Source: Octopus vulgaris
Taxonomy: Eukaryota
Assembly: GCA_951406725.2 (NCBI GenBank)
Contig: OX597814.1
Coordinates: 114,142,001 to 114,206,000 of the forward strand
Direction of reading: 5' to 3'
DNA length: 64,000 nucleotides
The notes beneath the pieces are model-generated. The model was not told where the DNA came from. It ran no database searches and saw only the letters and a program-made list of their open reading frames with translations. Positions 1 to 12,500 of the stretch are shown here, in pieces. Within the stretch, counting starts at the first letter, position 1. Each line of letters begins with the position of its first letter. Both the position numbers and the translations under genes were made by a program.

Positions 1-498
1 ATGAAATAGATTTGAAAATGTTCCGTCAAATAATATTAATAAAAATATAGACAGAACAGCTACAAGATGTGAGCTAAGAAAATTTATGCTCTGTTCAAAA
101 GAAAATAGGTTATAAGTATATAAATGGACACATATATATACAAATGCTAAAATGAATATATATATATACACAAATGAGTTATAAATAAATGTATTTCATA
201 TTTTTAGCTTACATACATTTCAAGAACTTTGATCTTTGCCAAAAGGCTATTTTGTGTTTAAATATGTACATAAATATACACAGTAGTTTGCTGTATGACT
301 TTGCTGCAAATTATTTCCATATCTTTTGAGAAATACTAGCATCTACTGGCATTAAATAATTCAAATATTTCAGAAAATGTACCATTAATAATCATATTTT
401 AGCAACAGAATGGTTCAGACCTCTAATATGATTATTTTTGGTTTATCAACTTTCAACTTATTTCTCTGGCAATATGTGTCAATGCTATCAATCGGAAT

Positions 499-715
499 TT
501 AACACTTTTGATACTATATTTCTCTTGAAACATTGTATTTCAATTAAATTTTTGAAAATATTGAAGAATTTAGTAAATAACTTTATTGTTGTTAAGCTAG
601 AGTTTGGAGCATAAATTAACACGAAATTTTCGGTGGAAAAGTTTCAATGTGGATCACTTTAAAACAAGAGACATTTATCACAGGTCTGAGAGAGGTTGGT
701 ATCAAAAGAGGTTAA
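499..715. mobile_element. piggyBac-type MITE in the STK36 3' UTR region
   Basis: TTAA at both ends, TIR CACTTTTGATAC / GTATCAAAAGAGG; related pieces at ~22680-23067, ~52007-52260 and ~55090-55260. Confidence 0.7.
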
Positions 716-770
716 GCTCAATAAAATAAACAACATGTAAAACAATTTGCCGCATTGTTAGATGTCAATG

Positions 771-956
771 CTAAGTTTTTAGAACTTCTAATAACTTGTT
801 GCAGTGATTAACCATTCCGTTTACTGTTCTGTCTCGAGGTGAAGGTTCCAAAGATATCTCTATCTTCTCGATATCCACAGGGTGAGATGCTGGCAAAGGT
901 GACATAGTCTCCATCAATCTTGACAATAAGCTGGAGCCATTGTATAACACCACAGC
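771..956 (-). CDS. STK36: STK36 terminal coding exon ([11 protein letters not shown]...[11 protein letters not shown])
   Basis: Pyrimidine tract plus AG at 958-957, phase 0, TAG at 773-771; resembles the human ending HCRKLIHLL. Confidence 0.9.
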   Translation of the reverse strand, partial: AVVLYNGSSLLSRLMETMSPLPASHPVDIEKIEISLEPSPRDRTVNGMVNHCNKLLEVLKT

Positions 957-3900
957 CTAAAAACAACAGATGGGAACTGAATTTATTTCACATTAGCAAA
1001 CAACAAATTCATTTATAACAATAGTAAATTGGATTATTATTGATCATAGAAGTTGTAATTGATAACAACAGATATATGAAAAAAAACAAAAACTATCATA
1101 CGATGGATAATATAGAACAAAGGTATTAACAACAGTTGTCAATGTGAAAGCTATTAAGTAAAAGACAACAATGTTATAGTAACACAGAAATATATTTTTA
1201 GCACAGAATTTTGTCAGTGAAGGCACATGGCTCAGTGGTTAGAGCGTTGAGCTTACGATCGTGAGGTTGTGAGCTCGAATCCTGGACCGGGCTGCGTGTT
1301 GTGTTCTTGAGCAAGGCACTTTATTTCACGGTGCTCCAGTTCACTCAGCTGTAGAAATGAGTTGCGACGTCACTGGTGCCAAGCTGTATCGACCTTTGTC
1401 TTTCCCTTGGATAACACTGGTGGCGTGGAGAGGGGAGGCCAGTATGCATGGGCGACTGCTGGTCTTCCATAAACAACCTTGCCTGGACTTGTGTCTAGGA
1501 GGGTAACTTTCTAGGTGCAATCCCATGGTCATTCATGACCGAAGGGGGTCTTTACCCTTGTCAGTGAACAGGTTGTGGTCTCAAAGCGATGAAAATATTT
1601 TGACAAATTAAATTTAAATGTTGAAGTGAATCTAACGGTTTTTGTGTGTTTCTTAAATGGCTTATAAACACCTTCCACACTGCAATTGTTTTCGTTCCAG
1701 CACACGATCTCAGATCAGGTCACTTGCTATGCAAGTACATCTCCCTATATTTTTATGCTTCTTTTTAAAGTCCATTTTACAATATTTCTATCAATGCATG
1801 TAATTTCTTTGTGCCAACCACTTTACAGTGTTCTGGATGCTTTTTATGTGGTATCAGTGCTTTTTATATGATGGTGCCATGTAAAAAAAAAACATCCAGT
1901 ACACTCTGTAAAGTGGTTGGTGATAGGAAGAGCATCCAGCCATAGAAACCGTGCCAAAACAAACCATGGAACCTGGTGTGACTCCTAGCCTTGTCAACTC
2001 CTGTCAACCCATCCAACCCATGCCAGCATGGAAAACAGACATGATGATGATGATGATCTAGGCTGGCCATTATAAAACATTTCTTTTTTAATTGTTCAGG
2101 TGATCCTAAGTACATTTTATAGTCCTCCATGTGACTAGCAGAAATGGTAGAACATCAGACACATTACACTGGAAATGTGTTATTTGACTACATTTCTTTC
2201 TTGGGAACATACAAATTTTATAAACTTTTGAGAGAACATGAACGAATTCTTTTTTTTTTTTTGTTTTGGGTTTTTTTTTTTTTGGTTTTTTTTAATATCT
2301 TGAAACACACACACAAAACTTATAAACAATGGCATGTAAATATTCTTTTCTATACTAGGCACACGGCCCGAAATTTTGGGGGAGGGACCAGTTGATTTGG
2401 TCGACCTCAGTACACAACTGGTACTTAATTTATTGACCCTGAAAGGATGAAAGGCAAAGTCGACCTTAGAAGAATTTGAACTCAGAACACAAAGGCAGAC
2501 GAAATACTGCTAAGCATTTCACCCAGCATGCTAATGTTTTTGCCAGCTCGCCACCTTTATAGATATTCTCTTCTACTCTAGGCACAAGGCCCGAAATTTT
2601 TGGGGTGAGGGCCAGTTGATTAGATCGACATCAGTACGCAACAGGTACTTAATTTATTAACCCTGAAAGGATGAAAGGCAAAGTCGACCTCGGTAGAATT
2701 TGAACTCAGAATGGATGGTGCTTTTTATATGCCATCAGCACAGGAGCCAGTCAAGTGGTACTGGCATCGGCCACGTTTGGATTACAAGACAAAAAACAAA
2801 AACTCTTTTGTGAGAGGAGAGAGCATTTGAGGAGGTCATCTTGTGTCAGATGATGAAAAGTTATAGTGAGGCAGTGAGATAGTAACAGGTGTCTTGCTGT
2901 AGAGGAGGTACAAGGTTACCTGGCCAGAGAGAGAGAGATCAGGGATGAAAACAAAAACGGGTGCACTGCTACAAAGGAGATACATGGTTACCCAACCTGA
3001 GGGAAGTGCAGGAGAAGGAATGAGAGAGTGGGAGACAGCAGGATAGAGATGGTGGCAAAGTGCTGGGGATCAGAATATAAATGAGGATTATTCGAGGTGT
3101 GGTTATTGCTCTTTACATGCCACCAGCACAGATACCAGTTATGTGACTCCAGCATCGGCCATGACTATGATTTCACTTGGGAGTGGAATTCATAGAACCA
3201 TTTCAACAACGTAACTTTAGATATGTCCATAAAATAGCTGCACTTCCCATGAATGACAAATGAGTTCTACTCAGAATGTATGAGGTTGCTGCCTGACAAT
3301 AATATTATAACTTAAAGTGTGTTTCTAATACTTTACTCCATTACACACAGTTAAATCCGATCTCATCAACTAGATATGAAGTTTCTTACAGAACAAAAAT
3401 AATTATCTGAAACATCTCAAGTTTTCTTTTTACCGATAAAATAGTTCAGTCAGCAACCGTTAATTACCCTAGTTTTTCATTTCACCAAACCAAGCAAACA
3501 GATGACTACATTAATGCTGATAGTTCGCTACTTCATGTTATTTCCCAATTTATTTGTATTTCCTTTCGCTACTGAAATCATTAAGTGTATGAACAGATTG
3601 CCAGTTTGCTTCTCTAGGACTGGTCAAAGTGATGCCTTTGATGAGAATCTAATAAGATTCTTCATAATTTGTTCAATCTATGGAGGAATAGCTAAATTAG
3701 CCCTGTTTATATATCTACCATATAGGTTACATATATATCTCAAAATTGTGGGCACAGTTAAAGTGTGACATGCAACAAAAACTGAGCTAAGAAGTGGGTT
3801 CCGTAATCCATTCCACTTTATTTGCATTAGAATTCCTTTCAAACTTCATAATCTCATTACTTATTCAATTGAAATATTCCTGACTTCTGAAAATAAATTT

Positions 3901-6900
3901 CAGAGGGAGGGCTATAGTTGATTAAAATGATCTTAGTATATATGGTTATATATTTTATCAAACCCAGGAAAAGGAAAGGTGGAACTGACCTTAGCAGGAT
4001 TTGAACTCAAAATGAAAAGTTCCATAACCAAATGCTACAATGCATTTGGCCTGACACCTTAATGATTCTACCACACCAATACCCTACTAACTTCCAATAT
4101 TACAATTTCTATTGAGTGCTATTACAATAAAATAAATTGACTTAGTTCCAATGACAATTATGTTGGTCCATCTTTGTATAAATATAATCTTAACCCTCTC
4201 ATATCATATTGCTTTGGTGTCATTACTTTAAGAAGGGCAAAATATCAGCTTCTTAACGAGATTTTGCAATTATGTTTGGACTGTAGAAATGTATGATATA
4301 GTTGGAGTGAATATGTATAGCATAGTGGTTAAGTGTTTGACTCATGATCACAAACGCTATTGGTTCAGTACCCGGACTGGGCAGGACTTTCTCTTGGGCA
4401 AGGTACATCATTTTATATAACTCCAGTCTATTCACCTGAAAATGGATATCAGCCTAGTGCAGATGTTTTATATCCTTTTATACGTTGGATATACAGATTT
4501 CAAAAAGCTGGGATAGGCACAACTGTCTTCACACGATGTACTTCAAATTACTCCACTAAACATGACACTCCAATAAAAACAAACTCTCAATGACTCCTAC
4601 AACTTCTCTCTTGTCTCAACCAATATGCTTCTTGTTATAAGAGTTCGACTGGTCCATTCTTCCAATTCCACAGGGGTGTCAGTGACTCTCACCACGAGAT
4701 GCAAACCCTCTCTCTCCTTCTTCCAGTTGTCACATTTTCAATGTTCTGCTGCATTAAAGGTATAAGGGCTGAGAGGTTGTTTATGTCTGCCCCCCATCTA
4801 CCTAGGCACTGAAAGCAATTAGCAAAAAAACATGTGAATATGACTTGGTGCACCCTATCAGGTCAAAACTATAATCATCACTGACAAGTGATGGTTATAC
4901 TTTTAATTACATAATTCAAAGCATATCTTATTGTAGGAAATGTATTAAACAGTTGGCAGTGTAATACACAGAGGGAAATGTGTTATACAGCAGAAAGTCT
5001 GTTCAATTGTTGAAAGTAGATTACTGTTTTTAATGGCATAAAAGACACATGAGCATATTAGATGCACCTGAATTTCAGTAGCACTTATTCAGGATAAGAC
5101 ATTTTTAATGCATTAACCCGTTGGCATTTGGACATTGCATTTTGCACCAAAAAGCCAATGTGAGAGTTTCTCTCATAATATCTACTGCAGCATGGTTTGT
5201 TCTAACAGAACATCCACATTTAAGTGGGATAAATATTATCTTTCAAGGTTATTACGTCAAATATCATCATCATCATTTAACATCCACTTTCCATGCTGGA
5301 ATGGGTTGGATGGTTTGACTTAAAACTGATTTGGCTAGGTTTCTATAGCTGAATGCTCTTCCTAACACCAACCATTTCAAGTGTGTAGTGGGTGTTTTTT
5401 ATGTGCCACCGGCATGGGTGTCACTGACCTGACACAAGCATTGGTCATGACTACAGTCTCACTTGGTTTGACAGGTCTACACAAGCATGGTATATTGCCA
5501 AAGGTCTCGGTCACCTGTCACTGCCTCCATGAGGCCCAAAGCTCAAACAGTGCTTTTTACATGCCACTAGGACAGGTGCCAGTCAGACAGCACTGGTATT
5601 GGCCATGATTACAATTTCACTCAGTTCAACAGGTCTTCACAAGCAAAGCATATTGCCCAACGACTGAAGGGTGCTTTTTATGGGCCAGTTATGTGACACT
5701 AGCATTGGCCACAACTACAATCTCACTTGGCTTGATGGGTCTTCTCAAGCATGGCTTATCTCCAAAGGTCTTGGTCGCTTGTTATTGCCTCTGTGAGGCC
5801 CAACATTCAAAGATCATGCTTCACCACCTTGTCCCATGTCTCCAAGGGTCTACCTCTTCTACAGGTTCCTTCCACTGTTAGAATGCAACACTTCTTCACA
5901 CAGCTGTCCTCATCCGAATGCATCACATGACCAAACTAGTGCAGTTGTGTCTCTTGCTTCTTATATCCAAATTTTCTCTCAGGACACACACTCTGTTGTG
6001 CATACACACTGACATTGCACATCCAGCAGAGCATACTAGCTTCATTTCTTACAAGCCTACACATGTCCTCAGCAGACACAGCCCATGTTCCACTGCCATG
6101 TAGCCTAGCTGTTTGCAGTTTATTCATTCACATTGATTTGAATTAATCATGAATTATCTCATAACTTTAAGATTTCAATGATGTCATCATCATCATCATT
6201 TAACGTCCACTGTCCATGCTGGCATGGGTTCGACAGTTCGACCAAGGTCAGTAAGCTGAGAGGCTGCACCAGACTCTGGTCTGATTGAACATGGTTTCTA
6301 CAGCTGGATGCCCTTCCTAATACCAGCCACTCTGAGAGTGTAGTAGGTGCTTTTATGTGCCACTGGCATGGGTGCCAGTTGTGTGACACCAGTATCTGCC
6401 ATGACTACGATTTCACTTGGCTTGATGGCTCTTCTTCTCAAGCACGGCATATTACCAAAGGTCTAGGCCGTTTGTCATTGCCTCCGTAATGTGATTGTTA
6501 TTTTTAGGTAGAATATTTGGGCCAGATATGGTTGTTTTAAATGCTAATGGGTTAACAGCTAATGAGAGACCCAGCATCACATATAGGATCCAACGTGATT
6601 TTTTCAGACTTTTTTTCAAAAAAAAATTTATATATTATTTGCCAAAATATATGGCATATAATTGATAGTTTTTTATATAGCTGGATCTATAGGACATAAT
6701 TAGAAATGTATCATATAAATTAGAAGCATATTTTACAGTAGAATGTGTTTCAGAGATAGTTATTCAATAACTGGAAACACAGAAATTAATTTCAAATGAC
6801 AAAAAAACAGAACTGAAGTACTTAGCGAGTACAAAGAAGACGACCGAAATATATCAAAGCTCTTTCATTGATAAGATTGGAAATCTGACTTTTTATTGAA

Positions 6901-7004
6901 TAGTGATGTTTTGCTTTCAACAAAATGATTTTGTGGATAGTTTCATATTTAATAGAACATGAATGGATGGAAATATTTTCAATGCAAATTTAAAGAACCA
7001 ATAA

Positions 7005-7041
<37 letters not shown>

Positions 7042-7201
7042 TACATACACACATATATGTATATATAAATCCTGTTGCTAGCAGACTGCCAGATACACCT
7101 CACACACAACTATACATACATTCCATATGTCCATATCTTTCTCACTCCTGGTTATTAGTGTGTGTATATACATACATACATACATACACATGCGTGCATA
7201 C

Positions 7202-7236
<35 letters not shown>

Positions 7237-7791
7237 TTTATATATACACATATACGCATATATCCATGTGGATGACTGAGAGGGAGGATAAATGAATATA
7301 AAGACAAACGTGAAATGTCTCGGCAAAGGCAGAAATACGAAATGAATACAAAATATTTTATTGCTTATCACAGAGAAATAGCTAATAGTCTGTTTCCTAA
7401 AAAGGAAATAATCAATATTTTAAAATACTTTTTCATAATAAAGTTTATTGTTTCTGACTCGGTGATCTGAAAATTGAAAGAAGCAGTACAGAAATACCGT
7501 AATAATACATAATGGATGAATATGGAGGGAATCATATTGACTCGGAACATAACGAACCAATATGAGAGAAACGTGTGTAAACACATAGTTAAGCTACACA
7601 CGCATAAATTTATAAATGAATATAGGCGTAGGAGTGGCTGTGTAGTAAGTAGCTTGCTTACTTACCAACCATCTGGTTCTGGGTTCAGTCCCTCTACGTG
7701 GCACCATGGGCAAGTGTCTTCTACTATAGCCTTGGGCCAACCAAAGCCTTGTGAGTGGATTTGGTAGGTGGAAACTGAAAGAAGCCTGTCG

Positions 7792-7824
<33 letters not shown>

Positions 7825-9529
7825 ATATGTCTGTTTGTCTGTATTTCTCCCCGCAACATTGCTTGACAACCGATGCTGGTGTGTTTAGGTCCCCGTAACT
7901 TAGTGGTTCAGCAAGAGAGATTGATAGAATAAGTACTGGGCTTACAAAAAATGAGTCCTGGGGTTGATTTGCTTGATCAACTAAAGGCGGTGCTGCAGCA
8001 TGGCCACGGTCAAATGACAGACAAGTAAAAGATTAAAAGAGAATATGTTACAAGGCATGGCTGTTTGGTAAGAAGCTTGCTTCCCACCCACGTGGTTCTG
8101 GGTTCAGTCCTACTCTGTGGCACCTTGAGCAAGTGTCATCTACTATAGCTTCAGGCCAGCCAAAGCCTTGTGAGTGGATTTGGTAAAGGGAAACTGAAAG
8201 AAGCCTGTTGTGTGTGTTTATATATATACATATATTTTTTTTTTTTGTGTGTCTTTGTGTCCATGTTTGTCCCCCGTCACACTTGACACACCAATTGATG
8301 TTGGTGTGTTTACGTCCCCATAACTTAGCGGTTCAGCAAAAGCAACCAATAGAGTAAGTTCTAGGATTTAAAAAAATAAGTCCTGGAGCAAATTTATTTA
8401 ACTAAACCCTTCAAGGTGCTGCCACAGCATGGTCGTAGTCAAATGACTTAAATATGTATAAGAATAAAAGCTATTTCATCATCATCATCATTATTTGTCT
8501 GTCCTTGTTTGTCTTCTCTGTGTTTAGCCCCTTGTGGGTAGTAAAGAAATAGGTATTTTGTCTGCTGCTATGTTCTGAGTTCAAATTTCACTGAGGTCGA
8601 CTTTGCCTTTCATTCTTTTGGGGTTGATTAAATAAGTACCAGTTACACACTGGGGTCGATGTAATCGACTTAATCCGTTTGTCTGTCCTTGTTTGTCCTC
8701 TCTGTGTTTAGCCCCTTGTGGGTTGTAAAGAAATAGGTATTTTGTCTGCTGCTATGTTCTGAGTTCAAATTCTGCCAAGGTTGACTTTGCCTTTCAGGGT
8801 CCATAAAATAAGTACCAGCTGAACACTGGGGTCGATGTAATCGACTCATCTCCTCCCCCAAAATTGCTGCCCTTATGGCAAAATTTGAAACCATCATCAT
8901 TCTTATTATGATTTATTATTATTATTATCATTCTCCAAGAAGTATCCATTTTCCTATATTCTTCCCTCTGCTAGTATCTGCTTTATCTACACTTCCTCCT
9001 CAAAAAGACTAGCTGATCATATGGACCTGTGTAGCTTGTAATTTAAAGTAAAGAGGACATTGAAAGAATCATTACAGTTCCCTCAAACGTTACAAAAACC
9101 AAAGCGAAATGACCTTAGCAACTCTGAGAAAGTTATCATTAACGTTTGGCTTGTTATTTCTATGGTTCCATTATTTTACAGAAGACAGCTCTTCATGTTA
9201 CTTCGTGTCTGACAGGTCTAGCATTCACTGACGTTGTCACGATAAACAAAAGCCATTAACTCAACAGCGACGGAACACAGAAAGGGAGGTTTGTTAATAA
9301 TAATATAGGTGAGTGATAACAAGAATACGACAAGTGTGTATTAGCTAAAACATACAGGATCTGCAGCGGGGGAAATTCGTGTGTGCTTTTCTGTCAGCAT
9401 TATAGTTGAATAGTGTCCAAAAAGAATATGTTATAATCACTGAGATAACCATGTTTTATAGACTAGAAAGGAATCTACAACGTACGTATATTCTGAGAAA
9501 AAATTCATTTCAGACAGTAGCAAAAACCA

Positions 9530-9564
<35 letters not shown>

Positions 9565-12500
9565 AATAATAAACATATATCTATACTGCACCTTTCTAAT
9601 TTCTTCATTTTTAATCAATGTCCTCAACGCAACCAATGCACAAAGTTGAACAGAAAAATGAGTATCTTGACAGGCCAGATCCAAGAGACTGGAAATAAAT
9701 AAAACAACAGTGGTAGATATTACAGTTCTATATTGAAGAGATGAGGAATTATTTACATTTGATGCATATTTGTCCTCATCTTGTTTGTTGCTAATATAAT
9801 GTTTCGGCTGATAAACCATCCAGCCTTCATCTCAACCACATGGACCCATTTGATTCCCACTTTACTCAGATGGACCCTCATTGCCATTCGATGTTTCAAA
9901 GAAACCTTATTGTATACTTATTAAAAATAATTAGGGGTAAAGGTAAAGAGCCCCTTCAGTCATGAATGACCATGGGATTGCACCTAGAAAGTTCCCCTCT
10001 GAGTCACAAATCCAGGCAAAGTTATTTATACAGTTCTATATTTAAGAGATGAAGAATTATGTACATTATTTACATTTGATGGATATTTGTCCTCATCTTG
10101 TTTTGGCTGATATACCCTCCAGCCTTCATCAGGTGTCTTAAGGAGATTTCAAACCTGGGTTCTCATTCCTAAGGTATTTTTCGATGTTATTATTATTGGT
10201 GTAGTGGTTAAGAGCGCGGGCTACTAACCCCAAGATTCCAACTTTAATTCCAGACAGTGACCTGAATAATAATGATAATAATAATAATCATCATCATCAT
10301 TGTTTAACGTCTGCTTTCCATGCTAGCAGCATGGGTTGGATGATTTGACTGAGGACTGGTGAACCAGATGGCTGCACCAGGCTCCAATCTAATAATAATA
10401 ATAGTAACATCAAAAAATACCTTAGGAATGAGAACCCAGGTTCGAAATTTTCCCAAGACACCCGATGAAAGCTGGAGTGTACATCAGCTGAAAAGTTGTG
10501 TTAACAACAAACAAGATGAGGACAAATATCCGTCAAATGTAAATAATGTAAATGGTAGATATATTGAATGCAGAAATATAAGGAATTGCTATTAAATTCA
10601 ATGCTATTTTCCTTTACCTTTTACTTGTGTTCAATCATTAGACTGCGGCCATGTTGGGTCACTGATTTGAAGATTTTTTTAGTTGAATGGATAGACCCCC
10701 AATACTTATTTTTTTAAAGCTTGGCACTTATTCTATCGGTCTCTTTTGCCAAACTGCTAAATTACAGGGACGTAAACACACCAGCACCAGTTGTCAAGCA
10801 GTGGTTAAGGATAAACACAGACATGAAGATCAAGCACATATAAGATCTGATCAAGAAGTATCAGGACTGTTGCCATAGTGATGAAGCTGGTTGTCATGTG
10901 GTGGGATGATATACACAAAGACACACACACACACTGCTGTGTTGGTTCCACACATAAAGCACTGGTGCTGATGCCACGTAAAAAGCACCCACTACACTTT
11001 GTAAAGTGGTTGGCATTAGGAAGGGCATCCAGTCATAGAAACCATTCCACAACAGACAATCTGGAGCCTGGAGCACCACTCCAGCCTTGCCAGCTCCTGC
11101 CAAACCATCCAGTCTATGCCAGCATGGAAGATGGACATTAAACATACATTACAGGATTCCACACAGTTTCTGTCTACCAAATTCACTCACCAGGTATTGT
11201 TTGGCCCAGGGTAAAAGTAGGAAACTCTGCCATCCAGTGAGACTGAACTTGAAACCACATGAGCTTCTTTATTTCATTACATTTGCCATAAAGGCAGTAT
11301 TTCTGTCGGAGCCGCGTGGAGCTTAGGTGTTTCGCTCATAAACACACACATTGCCCGGTCTGAGATTCGAACCCGCGATCCCTTGACCGCGAGTCTGCTG
11401 TTTTAACAACTAGGCCATGTGCCTCCACATGAGCTTCTTAATTACAAAGCATGCCTGTGCCTATCATGTTTCTTTTACGTACAACAAAATGGCAAACAAT
11501 TTCTAAATTATGTTTAAAAATTCTACTTACTTGAGTATTGCTTTCTGCTGAATCAATTCTGCACACAATAAATTTGAATGGATGCCTAAATTACCACAGA
11601 CACCTATATTAGAAGTGGAGAAATAAAAAGCAAACAAGAATAAGCTACAGTTTAAAGAACGTTCATATTTAAAGAAACAAGCTTAGAATTGTAATTCCAA
11701 CAAAGGTCAGAGAGAATGGATGAAGATAAGTAATATATCAATGAGGAGGGGAAATAAATTGACATAACGATCCACGGATATGGAATTAAAGTATATCTTA
11801 GCTGAGTTTTTAGTATTAATTTTAAAAATTATATTGACATGCAGAGATGATGTTTGCAAAAATTGTAGACACTTTCAACCCTGTCACATCTTTAACCATT
11901 CATTATATTAAACGTGGATGAATAAGGCGGTGAGCTGGTAGAAACGATAGCATGCCGGGCGAAATACTTAACAGTATTTAGTCTGTTATGTTCTGAGTTC
12001 AAATTCTGCCGAGGTCAACTTTGCATTTCATCCTTTCAGGGTTGATAAATAAAGTACCAGTTTCGCACTGGGGTTGATGTAATCGACTTAATCCCTTTGT
12101 CTGTCCTTGTTTGTCCCTTCTATGTTTAGCCCCTTGTAGGTAATAAAGAAAAATATACTAAGTATAGGGCGGTGAACTGGCAGAAATGTTAGAATGCCGG
12201 GTGAAATGCTTAGCAGTATTTGTCTGTCATTATGTTCTGAGTTTAAATTCCACCAAGGTCAACTTTGCCTTTCATCCTTTCGGGGTTGATAAATTAAGTA
12301 CCAGTTTCATACTGGGGATCGATCTAATAGAATGGCCCCCTCCCCAAAAATTTTGGGCCTTGTGCCTAAAGTAGAAAAGATTATATTATACTAAGTCTTA
12401 TTTGTTTCAGTCATTAGATTGGTCATACTGTAGCACCACCAACTAGCATGGGTTGGACAGATCATCAGAGTTCCTGCCTTCCTTGACAAGTTAGAGAACC

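Noticed and set aside
808-956. Alternative reading frames of the last exon (CGVIQWLQ... or LWCYTMAP...)
   Set aside because: The upstream exon ends in phase 0, and only the AVVLY...HCNKLL frame resembles the STK36 C-terminus
1222-1295. tRNA genes (also 10198-10255, 47465-47535, 52493-52545)
   Set aside because: A/B boxes are present, but acceptor stems do not close properly and each runs into a repeat body; these are SINE heads
10462-10500. AGCTG/CAGCT stem II as compensatory covariation
   Set aside because: The copy at 54141 has AGCTG/CAGCC, so the second change is more simply CpG decay; this copy's core is also mutated
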